59,250 nucleotides of DNA from Minisyncoccota bacterium. GTDB taxonomy: Bacteria > Patescibacteriota > Minisyncoccia > Phycocordibacterales > UBA5272. Location of the stretch: assembly GCA_018061825.1 (NCBI GenBank), contig JAGOTK010000003.1, positions 1 through 59,250 of the forward strand. Reading direction: 5' to 3'. The translations under genes and the position numbers were made by a program. The notes under the pieces were generated by a model. The model did not search any database and was not told the origin of the DNA. It saw only the letters and a program-made list of their open reading frames with translations. Positions within the stretch are counted from its first letter, which is position 1, and each line of letters begins with the position of its first letter. Below are positions 21,656 to 30,098 of the stretch, one piece after another.

Positions 21656-22105
21656 TTCCAATCCTTTTGAAAGCTCTTTTAATTTTACAATTACACCATT
21701 AGACATTTTAGTTTTTTCAATTTCTGAATAACCAGAATCATTTATCAATCTTTGCATAATATCTAAAAAATTATGAAATGAATCTTTGTCTTTTATCTCT
21801 CTAAATATATGAGTATTTACTGCTCCATCTTTATTTACAGAAAAGAAATCATTTTTAAAAGAAATAGAAATATCTCCACCATCACCAGCTGGTGAAATAC
21901 TAATATTTTCTATACTTTTTATCTCTGAAGTGCTTCCCATAGGATCAGAAAAAATAATAGGAGAAGAGTTTAATTTTTCATTAATTTTATTTAATAAGTT
22001 TTCTTTATTTTCTCTTTCGTTTTTAAATTCTGTGTTTCTTTGTTCTTTGATCTGTTCTCCAGTTTTCTCAATTTGATCTGTATTTTTTTTATTTAATCCT
22101 TCCAT
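21650..22105 (-). CDS. Hypothetical protein
   Basis: 151-aa ORF with a charged N-terminus. TGATATAAT -10 lies 32 nt upstream. Confidence 0.55.
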   Translation of the reverse strand: MEGLNKKNTDQIEKTGEQIKEQRNTEFKNERENKENLLNKINEKLNSSPIIFSDPMGSTSEIKSIENISISPAGDGGDISISFKNDFFSVNKDGAVNTHIFREIKDKDSFHNFLDIMQRLINDSGYSEIEKTKMSNGVIVKLKELSKGLEL

Positions 22106-22137
22106 AATATATATAATTAAAATTTATTAATAAATCA

Positions 22138-22146
22138 ATTATATCA
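22138..22146 (-). promoter_or_regulatory. Extended -10 TGATATAAT upstream of the 151-aa gene
   Basis: Plus-strand attatatca. Confidence 0.45.
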
Positions 22147-22226
22147 CTAAAAAATACTACACAATATAAGGAAAAATAAAAGTAATAAATCAAGGATTTT
22201 TAAATATTCATTAAAAATTCATTTTG

Positions 22227-22300
22227 TGCTTCCACTTGGACTTGAACCAAGGACCCCACGGATATAAGCCGTGTGCTCTAACCAACTGAGCTATGGAAGC
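22227..22300 (-). tRNA. tRNA-Ile, anticodon UAU (no encoded CCA)
   Basis: Manual fold of the reverse complement: GCTTCCA/TGGAAGC acceptor, GCTC/GAGC D-stem, CACGG-CTTATAT-CCGTG anticodon arm, CTTGG-TTCAAGT-CCAAG T-arm, discriminator A. Confidence 0.85.
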
Positions 22301-22390
22301 AAATACTATCCACATATAATAGCAAATTTTTTTTGATTTTAAAAGTGAAAAAGTTTATAATTATTTTACATAAAAAAATGATAAAAATAA

Positions 22391-22480
22391 GGAGGATTCG
22401 CATAGCGGTTTATTGCGCCACCTTGGAAAGGTGGTAACTGGGCAACTGGTTCGGGGGTTCGAATCCCCCATCCTCCGCCA
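22391..22480 (+). tRNA. tRNA-Ser, anticodon GGA (class II, long variable arm, CCA encoded)
   Basis: GGAGGAT/ATCCTCC acceptor, CCACC-TTGGAAA-GGTGG anticodon arm, variable arm with GCAA loop, GGGGG-TTCGAAT-CCCCC T-arm, GCCA end. Confidence 0.9.
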
Positions 22481-22495
22481 AAATTGAAAATCGGA

Positions 22496-22538
22496 ATTGG
22501 ACGAAGTTCGAATGTATTTCGTCCAATACACACCGCCA
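22496..22538 (+). ncRNA. T-arm-like minihelix ending in GCCA, co-transcribed downstream of tRNA-Ser
   Basis: 10-bp stem attggacgaa/ttcgtccaat with loop gttcgaatgtat (contains GTTCGAAT), then acacaccGCCA. A terminator follows at 22542-22559. Confidence 0.35.
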
Positions 22539-22541
22539 AGT

Positions 22542-22559
22542 CGTGCTAGCACGTTTTTT
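22542..22559 (+). terminator. Hairpin plus T-tract after tRNA-Ser
   Basis: cgtgctagcacg followed by tttttt. Confidence 0.55.
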
Positions 22560-22570
22560 ATTAATTATTA

Positions 22571-22969
22571 TTAATTTGTACTTAGTAAGCTACTATATTC
22601 ATTTCTGTGCTTATAAAGAAAGTATAGGTTGATAAGTAATAAAAGATTACCCATAACAGCTCCGCCAGTAAACAATCCACCATCAAGAAATGCGTGGAAG
22701 CCGACAATGTTTAAAGTCACAGGCAATATAAGTATTGCGCCAAGTGCAACTCTCTTTGTCCACAAACAAAAGAGTGTGGCAAGGCTAACGATAGCCATCA
22801 TGTACATTATGTATCCACTTGCATTCAGTATCTCAATAAAAGCAAATGCTTGTGGTGTGTTGTACAAATCTGACGTTGGTGCTGGAAAGATGCCTATCAC
22901 ACCCAATACTGGCATCAGAATTATCAAGCTAAATATCAACTTAAGTATAGTATTAAATATTTTTTTCAT
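22571..22969 (-). CDS. Four-TM membrane protein (DoxX-like topology), start moved to the internal Met
   Basis: The ORF track runs to 22993, but a TGGTATAAT -10 sits at 22992-23000. MKKIF start at 22969 therefore gives the usual ~22-nt gap. Hydrophobic throughout. Confidence 0.6.
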   Translation of the reverse strand: MKKIFNTILKLIFSLIILMPVLGVIGIFPAPTSDLYNTPQAFAFIEILNASGYIMYMMAIVSLATLFCLWTKRVALGAILILPVTLNIVGFHAFLDGGLFTGGAVMGNLLLLINLYFLYKHRNEYSSLLSTN

Positions 22970-22991
22970 AATTTTATTTATTAATAATATC

Positions 22992-23000
22992 ATTATACCA
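22992..23000 (-). promoter_or_regulatory. Extended -10 TGGTATAAT upstream of the 4-TM protein
   Basis: Plus-strand attatacca. Confidence 0.4.
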
Positions 23001-23248
23001 TTTTCAGTTTATTTTTTCTAACACTTAATCATCTTACTGCCCTCGACCCACTTACATCAAGAAGAACAAAAAAAATATACCATAATATCCTTGTAAGATC
23101 TCAAATCGTGAGTATTTAACCCACATAGTCTGCAATTTTTCTAAAAGGATTTCTGATCCAAAAATATATTCCAAAATTGTCAAGTGACTGTCAAAAAAAC
23201 GAAATCTATTTTCAAGTTATAATATACCTATTATAAAATAAAAAATAT

Positions 23249-23746
23249 ATGAAAAATTATTATGAAAGTGTAAAAAGTTTTTTTATTGAAGATAAAAGAT
23301 CAGCATTACTTTGGTTAGCTGTTCGTCTTTATGTAGGATGGCAATGGTTTTATGCAGGTTATGAAAAATTAATCTCTCATGCTTGGCTTGGAAATAATGC
23401 TGGAATTGCGGTAAAAGGATTTTTAAATGGAGCACTTACAAAGACAGAAGGAGCTCATCCAGATGTGATGGGTTGGTACGCATATCTTATTAATCATGTA
23501 TTTATTCCTATCGCTCCAGTGTTGTCATACTTAGTAGTCTTTGGAGAAATAATAATAGGAATAGCACTTATACTTGGACTTTGTACAAAAAAAGCTGCAA
23601 AAATTGGAGCATTTATGAATATAAATTATCTTTTAGCTGGGACAGTTAGTATAAATCCATTTTTACTTGTGCTACAACTCTTATTGATTAAAGCAAGTAA
23701 AGTATCTGGATGGAATGGTCTAGATAGATTTATAAAGAGAAAATAA
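23249..23746 (+). CDS. DoxX/DoxD-like membrane protein
   Basis: 165 aa. LAVRLYVGWQWFYAGYEKL...VVFGEIIIGIALILGLCTKKAAKIGAFMNINYLLAG pattern is typical of the DoxX family. Confidence 0.65.
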   Translation: MKNYYESVKSFFIEDKRSALLWLAVRLYVGWQWFYAGYEKLISHAWLGNNAGIAVKGFLNGALTKTEGAHPDVMGWYAYLINHVFIPIAPVLSYLVVFGEIIIGIALILGLCTKKAAKIGAFMNINYLLAGTVSINPFLLVLQLLLIKASKVSGWNGLDRFIKRK

Positions 23747-23798
23747 ATATAATCAATAAAAGAATTTCTTAGATTTAAATATATAAATAAAAATTAGT

Positions 23799-25124
23799 AT
23801 GAAAGATAAATATATCCTGATAGAAGAAGATGAAGAACATATAGAAATTGAAAGAGAAACCTTAATCACAAAAACAAGAAAATATTTTAATAGTATTGGA
23901 CCTGGTGTTATAACTGGCGCTGCAGATGACGATCCTTCAGGTATCGCCACTTATTCTCAAGCTGGTGCTCAGTATGGATCAAAATTGATATGGATGTCAG
24001 CTTGGACACTTCCACTTGTAGCGACAGTCCAAGAAATGTGTGCTCGTATAGCCCTTGTGACAGGTAGAGGGCTGGCTTCAAATATTAAAAAAAATTTTTC
24101 TAAAAAAATTCTATACATATCTACAATATTATTACTCATAGCAAATACTTTTAATATAGGAGCAGATATAGGAGCTATGGCAAAATCCATAGAGCTTATT
24201 TATCCAAATCTAGATTTTAATTTTTTAGTAGTTTCTATTGGTCTTTTGATTTTAGCTTTAGAAATTATAATACCTTATAAAAAATATGTTAAATATTTAA
24301 AATGGTTTGTTGTTTCTCTTTTTGCTTATATTCTCACTGGACTAATAATACATATGGATTGGGGAAATCTAATCTTTAATACTATTGTTCCACATATATC
24401 TTTCAATAAAGATGAAATAATACTTATAACAGCCATACTTGGTACAACCATTTCTCCTTATTTATTTTTTTGGCAAACTTCTGAAGAGATAGAAGAAGAG
24501 ATAGCAGAAGGTAAAAAAAATCTCAGAGAAAGAATGATAACAAATAAAGACGAGATTAAAAAAATGAGAAAAGATGTTTGGAGTGGAATGTTTATATCAA
24601 ATCTTGTGATGTTTTTTATTATCGCTGTATGTGCTAATACATTATTTATTCATGGAGTCAATAATATAACTACCGCAAGTGACGCGGCAAAAGCTCTAAC
24701 TCCTTTAGTTGGTAATTTTTCTACAATATTATTTACTATTGGAATAGTGGGTACTGGCTTACTTGCTATACCTATTCTTGCAGGATCTACAGCTTATGCG
24801 ATATCTGAGAGCTTTGGATGGAAAGAAGGTTTATATAGAAAATATAACTCTGCTCATGCTTTTTATTCTGTGATTATATTTTCTATAATTATTGGTATTG
24901 CTATTAATTTTATAAATATAAATCCAGTAAAAGCTTTAATCTATTCTGCTGTTTTAAATGGTCTAGTAGCTCCAATAATATTAATTTTTATTGTAAAAAT
25001 AAGTAGTAGTGAAAAAATAATGGGAGAATATAAAAATAATATTATTACAAAATTACTTGGTTGGCTAATAATTTTATTTATGACAATAACTGGAATATTT
25101 ACAATTTATTCGTTATTCTTTTAA
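23799..25124 (+). CDS. Nramp/SLC11-family transporter, divergent metal-site motifs
   Basis: 441 aa, ~11 TM. GPGVITGAADDDPSGIATYSQAGAQYG aligns to the Nramp TM1 motif; LGTTISPYLFFWQ aligns to TM6. Confidence 0.8.
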   Translation: MKDKYILIEEDEEHIEIERETLITKTRKYFNSIGPGVITGAADDDPSGIATYSQAGAQYGSKLIWMSAWTLPLVATVQEMCARIALVTGRGLASNIKKNFSKKILYISTILLLIANTFNIGADIGAMAKSIELIYPNLDFNFLVVSIGLLILALEIIIPYKKYVKYLKWFVVSLFAYILTGLIIHMDWGNLIFNTIVPHISFNKDEIILITAILGTTISPYLFFWQTSEEIEEEIAEGKKNLRERMITNKDEIKKMRKDVWSGMFISNLVMFFIIAVCANTLFIHGVNNITTASDAAKALTPLVGNFSTILFTIGIVGTGLLAIPILAGSTAYAISESFGWKEGLYRKYNSAHAFYSVIIFSIIIGIAINFININPVKALIYSAVLNGLVAPIILIFIVKISSSEKIMGEYKNNIITKLLGWLIILFMTITGIFTIYSLFF

Positions 25125-25154
25125 TCTGATCAATTAAAAACAATTTCATATTAT

Positions 25155-25184
25155 AAAAACCTTGAGACTTATCTCAAGGTTTTT
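25155..25184. terminator. Bidirectional hairpin terminator between convergent genes
   Basis: aaaaaccttgaga-ctta-tctcaaggttttt. Confidence 0.8.
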
Positions 25185-25202
25185 ATAATACTTTTGTATA
25201 AT

Positions 25203-26126
25203 CTATTTCTCTCCCAACAAGGCTTTCACTCTCTCATTTACTGGTGGATGAGTCATGAATATTTTACTAAACCAAGACACTTTTTCTTCGTCATTTAATT
25301 TTGCATCTTCAGCACTAAACCCCATTGGATTTACAATATACATATGCGCTGTGGCATTATTTGCATTTGTGAGAGGTTGATTAAACTTAGAAATCTTTAT
25401 AAGAGCAGAAGCTAATCCTTCTGGATATCTTGTAAGCAATGCTCCTGAAGCATCTGCTAAAAATTCTCTTTTTCTGGATATAGCAAGTTGAATAATAGTT
25501 GCAGCAATTGGGGCAAGTATTATCGCTACTATTGATAGTATCAACATAAACCCTCCTCCATTATTATCTTTATCCCTACTTCCACCCAATAATCTTGATC
25601 TAAAAAACATTTGAGATAAAAATGAAATTGCAGAAACCATAATTATAACAATAGTTGAAATCAATATGTCTCTATTTCCTATATGACTCAATTCATGCGC
25701 TACGACTCCTTCAAGCTCTGCTTTATTAAGTGTAGAAAGTAGTCCAGTAGTTGCAGCTATGGCTGCATTATTTTTATCTCTCCCTGTAGCAAAAGCATTT
25801 GGAATTGGATCATTTACTACATAAATCTTTGGCATTGGGAGTCCAGCTGTGATTGAAAGATTTTCTGCAACATTCCAAAATTCTGGATAATCATTTTTTT
25901 TAATCTCTCTTGCCCCAGCCATATGTAAAGCTATCTTGTCTGAATACCAAAAAGAAAAAAGATTTATAAGTAAAGAAAAAAATATGGCAAAATAAAAAAT
26001 ATTTACATCTTGATAATAAAAAGCAAGAGCAAATCCAATTCCTGCAAAAAGAAAGACAAAGAAAGACATATAAAGCCATGTCTTCCAAATATTTTTTGAT
26101 TGCTGTGTATAAAGTGATATTGCCAT
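25203..26126 (-). CDS. htpX: M48 zinc metalloprotease HtpX
   Basis: 307 aa. HELSHIGNRD HExxH motif, 4 TM, C-terminal ...THPPVNERV. Confidence 0.9.
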   Translation of the reverse strand: MAISLYTQQSKNIWKTWLYMSFFVFLFAGIGFALAFYYQDVNIFYFAIFFSLLINLFSFWYSDKIALHMAGAREIKKNDYPEFWNVAENLSITAGLPMPKIYVVNDPIPNAFATGRDKNNAAIAATTGLLSTLNKAELEGVVAHELSHIGNRDILISTIVIIMVSAISFLSQMFFRSRLLGGSRDKDNNGGGFMLILSIVAIILAPIAATIIQLAISRKREFLADASGALLTRYPEGLASALIKISKFNQPLTNANNATAHMYIVNPMGFSAEDAKLNDEEKVSWFSKIFMTHPPVNERVKALLGEK

Positions 26127-26171
26127 AATTTTATATTTTAAAAATATTTTTATTTTTAAAATCTTATTATC

Positions 26172-26300
26172 TTAATTTTCTGGAAAATAAACCTCTGGAT
26201 TTTGCTTCATGTAAATGATTACTATTATCATTAGAGCAATCAATACTAATAAAAGCATTGTGTTTCCTATTGATCCATAAAATTTATTCCACTTTTTCAT
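26172..26300 (-). CDS. Possible 42-aa single-TM micro-protein between lemA and htpX
   Basis: Translated by hand: MKKWNKFYGSIGNTMLLLVLIALMIIVIIYMKQNPEVYFPEN. Below the ORF-track length cutoff. Confidence 0.35.
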   Translation of the reverse strand: MKKWNKFYGSIGNTMLLLVLIALMIIVIIYMKQNPEVYFPEN

Positions 26301-26330
26301 AAGTTTATTTATTTTATTAATAATAATTTA

Positions 26331-26900
26331 TTAAAATTTTACTTCTACAGGATTTTTGGCTGCTGACTCACTCTCATCAAGCTTAAACATTTCTGCAAGT
26401 TTAAAATTAAACATTTTTGCTAAAATATTTCTTGGAAATGTCTCAATTCCTGTGTTTAAATCTGTAGCACTATTATTATAAAATCTTCTTGCTGACTGTA
26501 TCTTGTCTTCTGTATCTGTCAATTCATTTTGAAGATTATTAAAATTACTTGTAGCTTTGAGATCTGGATAATTTTCTGATAAAGCAAAAAGAGATTTTAA
26601 AGTCCCAGAAAGAGCATTTTCAGTTTTTGAAATAGCATCTTTATCTCCAGATGCTTGCGCACTCATTGCTGAATTTCTAGCTTCTATCACCTTTTCAAGT
26701 GTAGAGCTTTCAAAATTTGCAGCACCTTTTACGGTATTTATAAGATTTGGAATTAAATCATATCTTCTTTTAAGTTGAACATCAATATCCGCCCAAGCAT
26801 TTGATACTCTGTTTCTTCTGATAATAAGACCGTTATAAGACATCACTACGTAAAGTACTAAAGTTAACACCAATATTAAAAAGATTAATCCTGTTGACAT
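26331..26900 (-). CDS. lemA: LemA family protein
   Basis: 189 aa. N-terminal TM then YNGLIIRRNRVSNAWADIDVQLKRRYDLIPNLINTVKG. Confidence 0.9.
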   Translation of the reverse strand: MSTGLIFLILVLTLVLYVVMSYNGLIIRRNRVSNAWADIDVQLKRRYDLIPNLINTVKGAANFESSTLEKVIEARNSAMSAQASGDKDAISKTENALSGTLKSLFALSENYPDLKATSNFNNLQNELTDTEDKIQSARRFYNNSATDLNTGIETFPRNILAKMFNFKLAEMFKLDESESAAKNPVEVKF

Positions 26901-26921
26901 ATATTTATATTTTATATCTAT

Positions 26922-26930
26922 ATTTTAACA
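26922..26930 (-). promoter_or_regulatory. Extended -10 TGTTAAAAT upstream of lemA
   Basis: Plus-strand attttaaca; 21 nt to the ATG. Confidence 0.4.
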
Positions 26931-26962
26931 TTTTTAAAAATAAAAAACCAAAATACTTAACA

Positions 26963-26991
26963 TTGACAAATTACTTATTTTGATATATACT
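26963..26991 (+). promoter_or_regulatory. TTGACA-17-TATACT promoter
   Basis: Read directly; upstream of the 27036 ORF. Confidence 0.55.
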
Positions 26992-27035
26992 ATATATATT
27001 AAATCAGTTCTTTTTAACCTTTAAATTTTATAAAA

Positions 27036-27407
27036 ATGAGAAATTTGTTTTTAGTTTTTTTTGTTACACTTTCATCTATTGCTGTAAAAAATAGCAACAT
27101 TACTAAATCAGAACTTGCATTCTTTATTATCTTACTGGCAATATCTTCTATTCATTATTATTTATACAGGAAAATCTATACTGTCAATCTAATAAAGAAT
27201 AGATATGTATTACCTGTATATTTTATTTTTGCAATTATAAATCTACTCGGTTTTGTTTTTCTTATTCTTTTTCATATAAAGAATACTGAAAACGACTTAG
27301 ATGATTTATTTATTTTTGCAAATTTAACATTTGCTATACTAGTGATTTATTTCACTAATGGTACAATAAGCATGGCAAGATTTTACAAAGAAGCACCCGA
27401 AAAATAA
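27036..27407 (+). CDS. Hypothetical 4-TM membrane protein
   Basis: 123-aa ORF flanked by a TTGACA-17-TATACT promoter and a hairpin terminator. Confidence 0.55.
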   Translation: MRNLFLVFFVTLSSIAVKNSNITKSELAFFIILLAISSIHYYLYRKIYTVNLIKNRYVLPVYFIFAIINLLGFVFLILFHIKNTENDLDDLFIFANLTFAILVIYFTNGTISMARFYKEAPEK

Positions 27408-27420
27408 CGGGTGTTTTTTA
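27394..27420 (+). terminator. Hairpin terminator
   Basis: cacccg-aaaaataa-cgggtg then ttttttatttt. Confidence 0.7.
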
Positions 27421-27423
27421 TTT

Positions 27424-27452
27424 TTGACATATCAATAAATAGATGTTAGTAT
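27424..27452 (+). promoter_or_regulatory. TTGACA-17-(TGT)TAGTAT promoter
   Basis: Upstream of the 27496 ORF. Shares the tgttagtataaa string with 58597-58624. Confidence 0.5.
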
Positions 27453-27495
27453 AAAAAAGTAAACAAATCGTTCTTAAACAAATAAAATTTATACA

Positions 27496-28146
27496 ATGAA
27501 GAAGTTATTGTTTTTCAGCCTTATTTTAGGCTTTATTTTTTCACCTTTTCCCTTTTCCGCAAAAGGACAAGATGATACAGAAATGGCTTGGGCACAACAT
27601 GTTAAACAAGCATTAGATAATCGTCCAAGTAATCTAAATGAAAGTGAAGCTTGGGAAATATTAATTGGTAAAAAAAATGAAAGTAGCATCTACAGAAAAG
27701 AAAAAATAGAATTTAAAAATTTTTATTTTTTAAAAAGAGAATCAGTTTCAGAAAATATTTATTTAAGATCTAAAACTTCATCACTTGATGGATGGTGGTA
27801 TGAAAAAACATTATCTTTTGATCCTGGTGTATGGGAAATAAACTGGCCTTTCAGTATTTGTATTTTAGTTTCTACCATTATATTATTTTGGTCTATATTT
27901 TTTAGTAAAAATTTTTTCTTAAAACATAAACAAAATATAAAAAATCAAAACACTTTAGATCCAAACATTGTTATAGAAATAATTTTTGGTTTTACAGTTA
28001 TAGTAGAAGCGATTACAATTGTAATCTTTGGCTTTCCAAAAGATTTACATTATTTACCACTTATTTTAGCCCCTGTTGTTATGATTTTTATTGCTGTTCT
28101 TGTAAAAAATAAAAAAAGAAATATTGTAATCAATTCTAAAGAATAA
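27496..28146 (+). CDS. Hypothetical signal-peptide / multi-TM protein
   Basis: 216-aa ORF with its own promoter and terminator. Confidence 0.55.
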   Translation: MKKLLFFSLILGFIFSPFPFSAKGQDDTEMAWAQHVKQALDNRPSNLNESEAWEILIGKKNESSIYRKEKIEFKNFYFLKRESVSENIYLRSKTSSLDGWWYEKTLSFDPGVWEINWPFSICILVSTIILFWSIFFSKNFFLKHKQNIKNQNTLDPNIVIEIIFGFTVIVEAITIVIFGFPKDLHYLPLILAPVVMIFIAVLVKNKKRNIVINSKE

Positions 28147-28173
28147 TAAAATACAGAGAACATAAAAGTCTTT

Positions 28174-28210
28174 AAAAGCACCTTTGCGGAAAGGTGCTTT
28201 TTCTTTTTAT
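28174..28210 (+). terminator. Hairpin terminator
   Basis: aaaagcaccttt-gcgg-aaaggtgctttt then tcttttt. Confidence 0.8.
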
Positions 28211-28219
28211 TTACATTTT

Positions 28220-28228
28220 TGATATAAT
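28220..28228 (+). promoter_or_regulatory. Extended -10 TGATATAAT upstream of thrS
   Basis: 30 nt to the ATG. Confidence 0.5.
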
Positions 28229-28258
28229 CAAATAACAACATTAAATACTATTAAATTT

Positions 28259-30034
28259 ATGAATCAAGAAAATTTACAAAAAACACTCTCAGATAAAAGA
28301 CATACACTTGCACATGTTTTAGCTAGCGTGCTAATTGAAAAGCATCCTGATATAAAATTAACTCTTGGTCCAGCAATAGACAATGGATTTTACTATGATA
28401 TAGATTTTCTAAATGAAGAAAAACCAAATACAGAAAAAGATTTTGAAGACATCACAAATGAAATGAAATCAAAAATAAATATTGGTGGCAACTTTTCTCA
28501 TAAAGAAGTATCTAAAGAAGAAGCTTTAGAATTTTTTACTGATAATGAATACAAGACTGAGCTGATAAATGAAATATCAGAAAGAGGAGAAAAGATAACT
28601 CTATACACAATAAATTTTAATAATGGAAAAACTTTTACTGATCTTTGTCGTGGTGGACATGCTGAAGAATTAAAAGAGATTGATGCTGACAGCTTTAAAA
28701 TCACTCATATAGCTGGAGCATATTGGAGAGGAAATGAAAAAAATAAAATGCTAACTCGTGTATATGGTCTTGCTTTTGAAACAAAAGAAGAATTGATAAA
28801 TTATCAAGCAAAAATAGAAGAAGCAAAAAAGAGAGATCACAGAATATTGGGTAAAGAGCTTGGACTTTTTATATTTTCAGATCTTGTTGGCCCTGGCCTT
28901 CCTCTTTGGACTCCAAGAGGTACATTTTTAAGAAAGCAGGTTGATAATTTTGTACAAGAACTTCGTAATGAATATGGATATGGAGCTGTAGCAATCCCTC
29001 ATCTAACAAAAAAGGATTTATATATAAAATCAGGACATTGGGAAAAGTATCAAGAAGATTTGTTTAAGATAGATACTCGTGATGGACATACACTTTGTAT
29101 GAAGCCTATGAATTGTCCTCATCATGCACAGATATATGCATCTGAGCTAAGAAGCTATAAAGAATTACCAATAAGATATTCAGAAACTACCATGGTGTAT
29201 CGTGATGAACAATCTGGAGAATTAAATGGACTTTCTCGTGTGCTTTCTATCACTCAAGATGACGCACATATTTTCTGTAGAGAAAATCAATTAGAAGAAG
29301 AAATGAATAATGTCTGGAATTTAATAGAAAATTTCTATAAAAGTTTTGGATTTGAAAGTCTAACTCCTAGATTTAGCAGAAGAAATGATGATCCAAAATA
29401 TAAAGGTAATATTGAATTTTGGAATAAAGCTGAAAATGCAATTAAAAACCTTTTAACAAAAAGAGCTTCTGAAAATTTTATTGATGGTGAAGGAGAAGCT
29501 GCATTTTATGGACCAAAAATAGATTTCTTAGCAAAAGACGCAATAGGAAGAGAGCATCAAGTAGGTACAATACAAGTAGATTTTGTTCAGCCGACTAATC
29601 TTGGTCTTGAATATGTATCTGAGACTGGCACAAGAGAAATGCCTGTCATGATCCACTGTGCTGTAGCTGGAAGTCTTGAGAGATTTTTATCAGTATATAT
29701 AGAGCATACAACTGGCAATTTTCCTCTTTGGATGAGCCCTACTCAATTATCAATCATTCCAATAAATCTTGAAGCACATGGAGATTATGCAAAAGAAATT
29801 TACTCAAAATTAAAATCAAAAAAATATAGAGTAGAGCTCGAAGATAGTAAAGATGGACTTGGAAAAAAGGTTCGATATGCAAAAGAAATGAAATATCCAT
29901 ACTGGATTGTGATTGGTGATAAAGAAAAAGAAGAAAATAAAATCACTCTTGAAAGTAGATCTGGAGAAAAGTTTAATTTGAGTTTAGAAGAATTAATTGA
30001 GAAATTAGAAAAGGAGGTGGAGGAGAAAAAATAA
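28259..30034 (+). CDS. thrS: Threonyl-tRNA synthetase lacking the N-terminal TGS domain
   Basis: 591 aa. Starts at the editing-domain motif RHTLAHVLASV; DHRILGKEL; class II core; anticodon-binding C-terminus. Confidence 0.95.
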   Translation: MNQENLQKTLSDKRHTLAHVLASVLIEKHPDIKLTLGPAIDNGFYYDIDFLNEEKPNTEKDFEDITNEMKSKINIGGNFSHKEVSKEEALEFFTDNEYKTELINEISERGEKITLYTINFNNGKTFTDLCRGGHAEELKEIDADSFKITHIAGAYWRGNEKNKMLTRVYGLAFETKEELINYQAKIEEAKKRDHRILGKELGLFIFSDLVGPGLPLWTPRGTFLRKQVDNFVQELRNEYGYGAVAIPHLTKKDLYIKSGHWEKYQEDLFKIDTRDGHTLCMKPMNCPHHAQIYASELRSYKELPIRYSETTMVYRDEQSGELNGLSRVLSITQDDAHIFCRENQLEEEMNNVWNLIENFYKSFGFESLTPRFSRRNDDPKYKGNIEFWNKAENAIKNLLTKRASENFIDGEGEAAFYGPKIDFLAKDAIGREHQVGTIQVDFVQPTNLGLEYVSETGTREMPVMIHCAVAGSLERFLSVYIEHTTGNFPLWMSPTQLSIIPINLEAHGDYAKEIYSKLKSKKYRVELEDSKDGLGKKVRYAKEMKYPYWIVIGDKEKEENKITLESRSGEKFNLSLEELIEKLEKEVEEKK

Positions 30035-30056
30035 AAAATATAGAATTAAATAATAT

Positions 30057-30083
30057 AAAACTCGTGAGATAATCACGAGTTTT
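30057..30083. terminator. Bidirectional hairpin between thrS and gyrB
   Basis: aaaactcgtga-gataa-tcacgagtttt. Confidence 0.8.
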
Positions 30084-30098
30084 ATATTATTTAATTTC

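Noticed and set aside
22361-22552. 63-aa minus-strand ORF.
   Set aside because: It overlaps the well-folded tRNA-Ser gene and its terminator, so it is a spurious frame.
22629-23021. 130-aa plus-strand ORF.
   Set aside because: It is antisense to the 4-TM protein gene. The minus-strand product has coherent TM helices, a TGGTATAAT promoter and a sensible start.
22994-23248. Riboswitch or metal-sensing leader upstream of the DoxX/Nramp genes.
   Set aside because: I could not recognise any conserved riboswitch core (for example yybP-ykoY or czcD-type) or a convincing multi-stem structure. The region most likely holds divergent promoters only.
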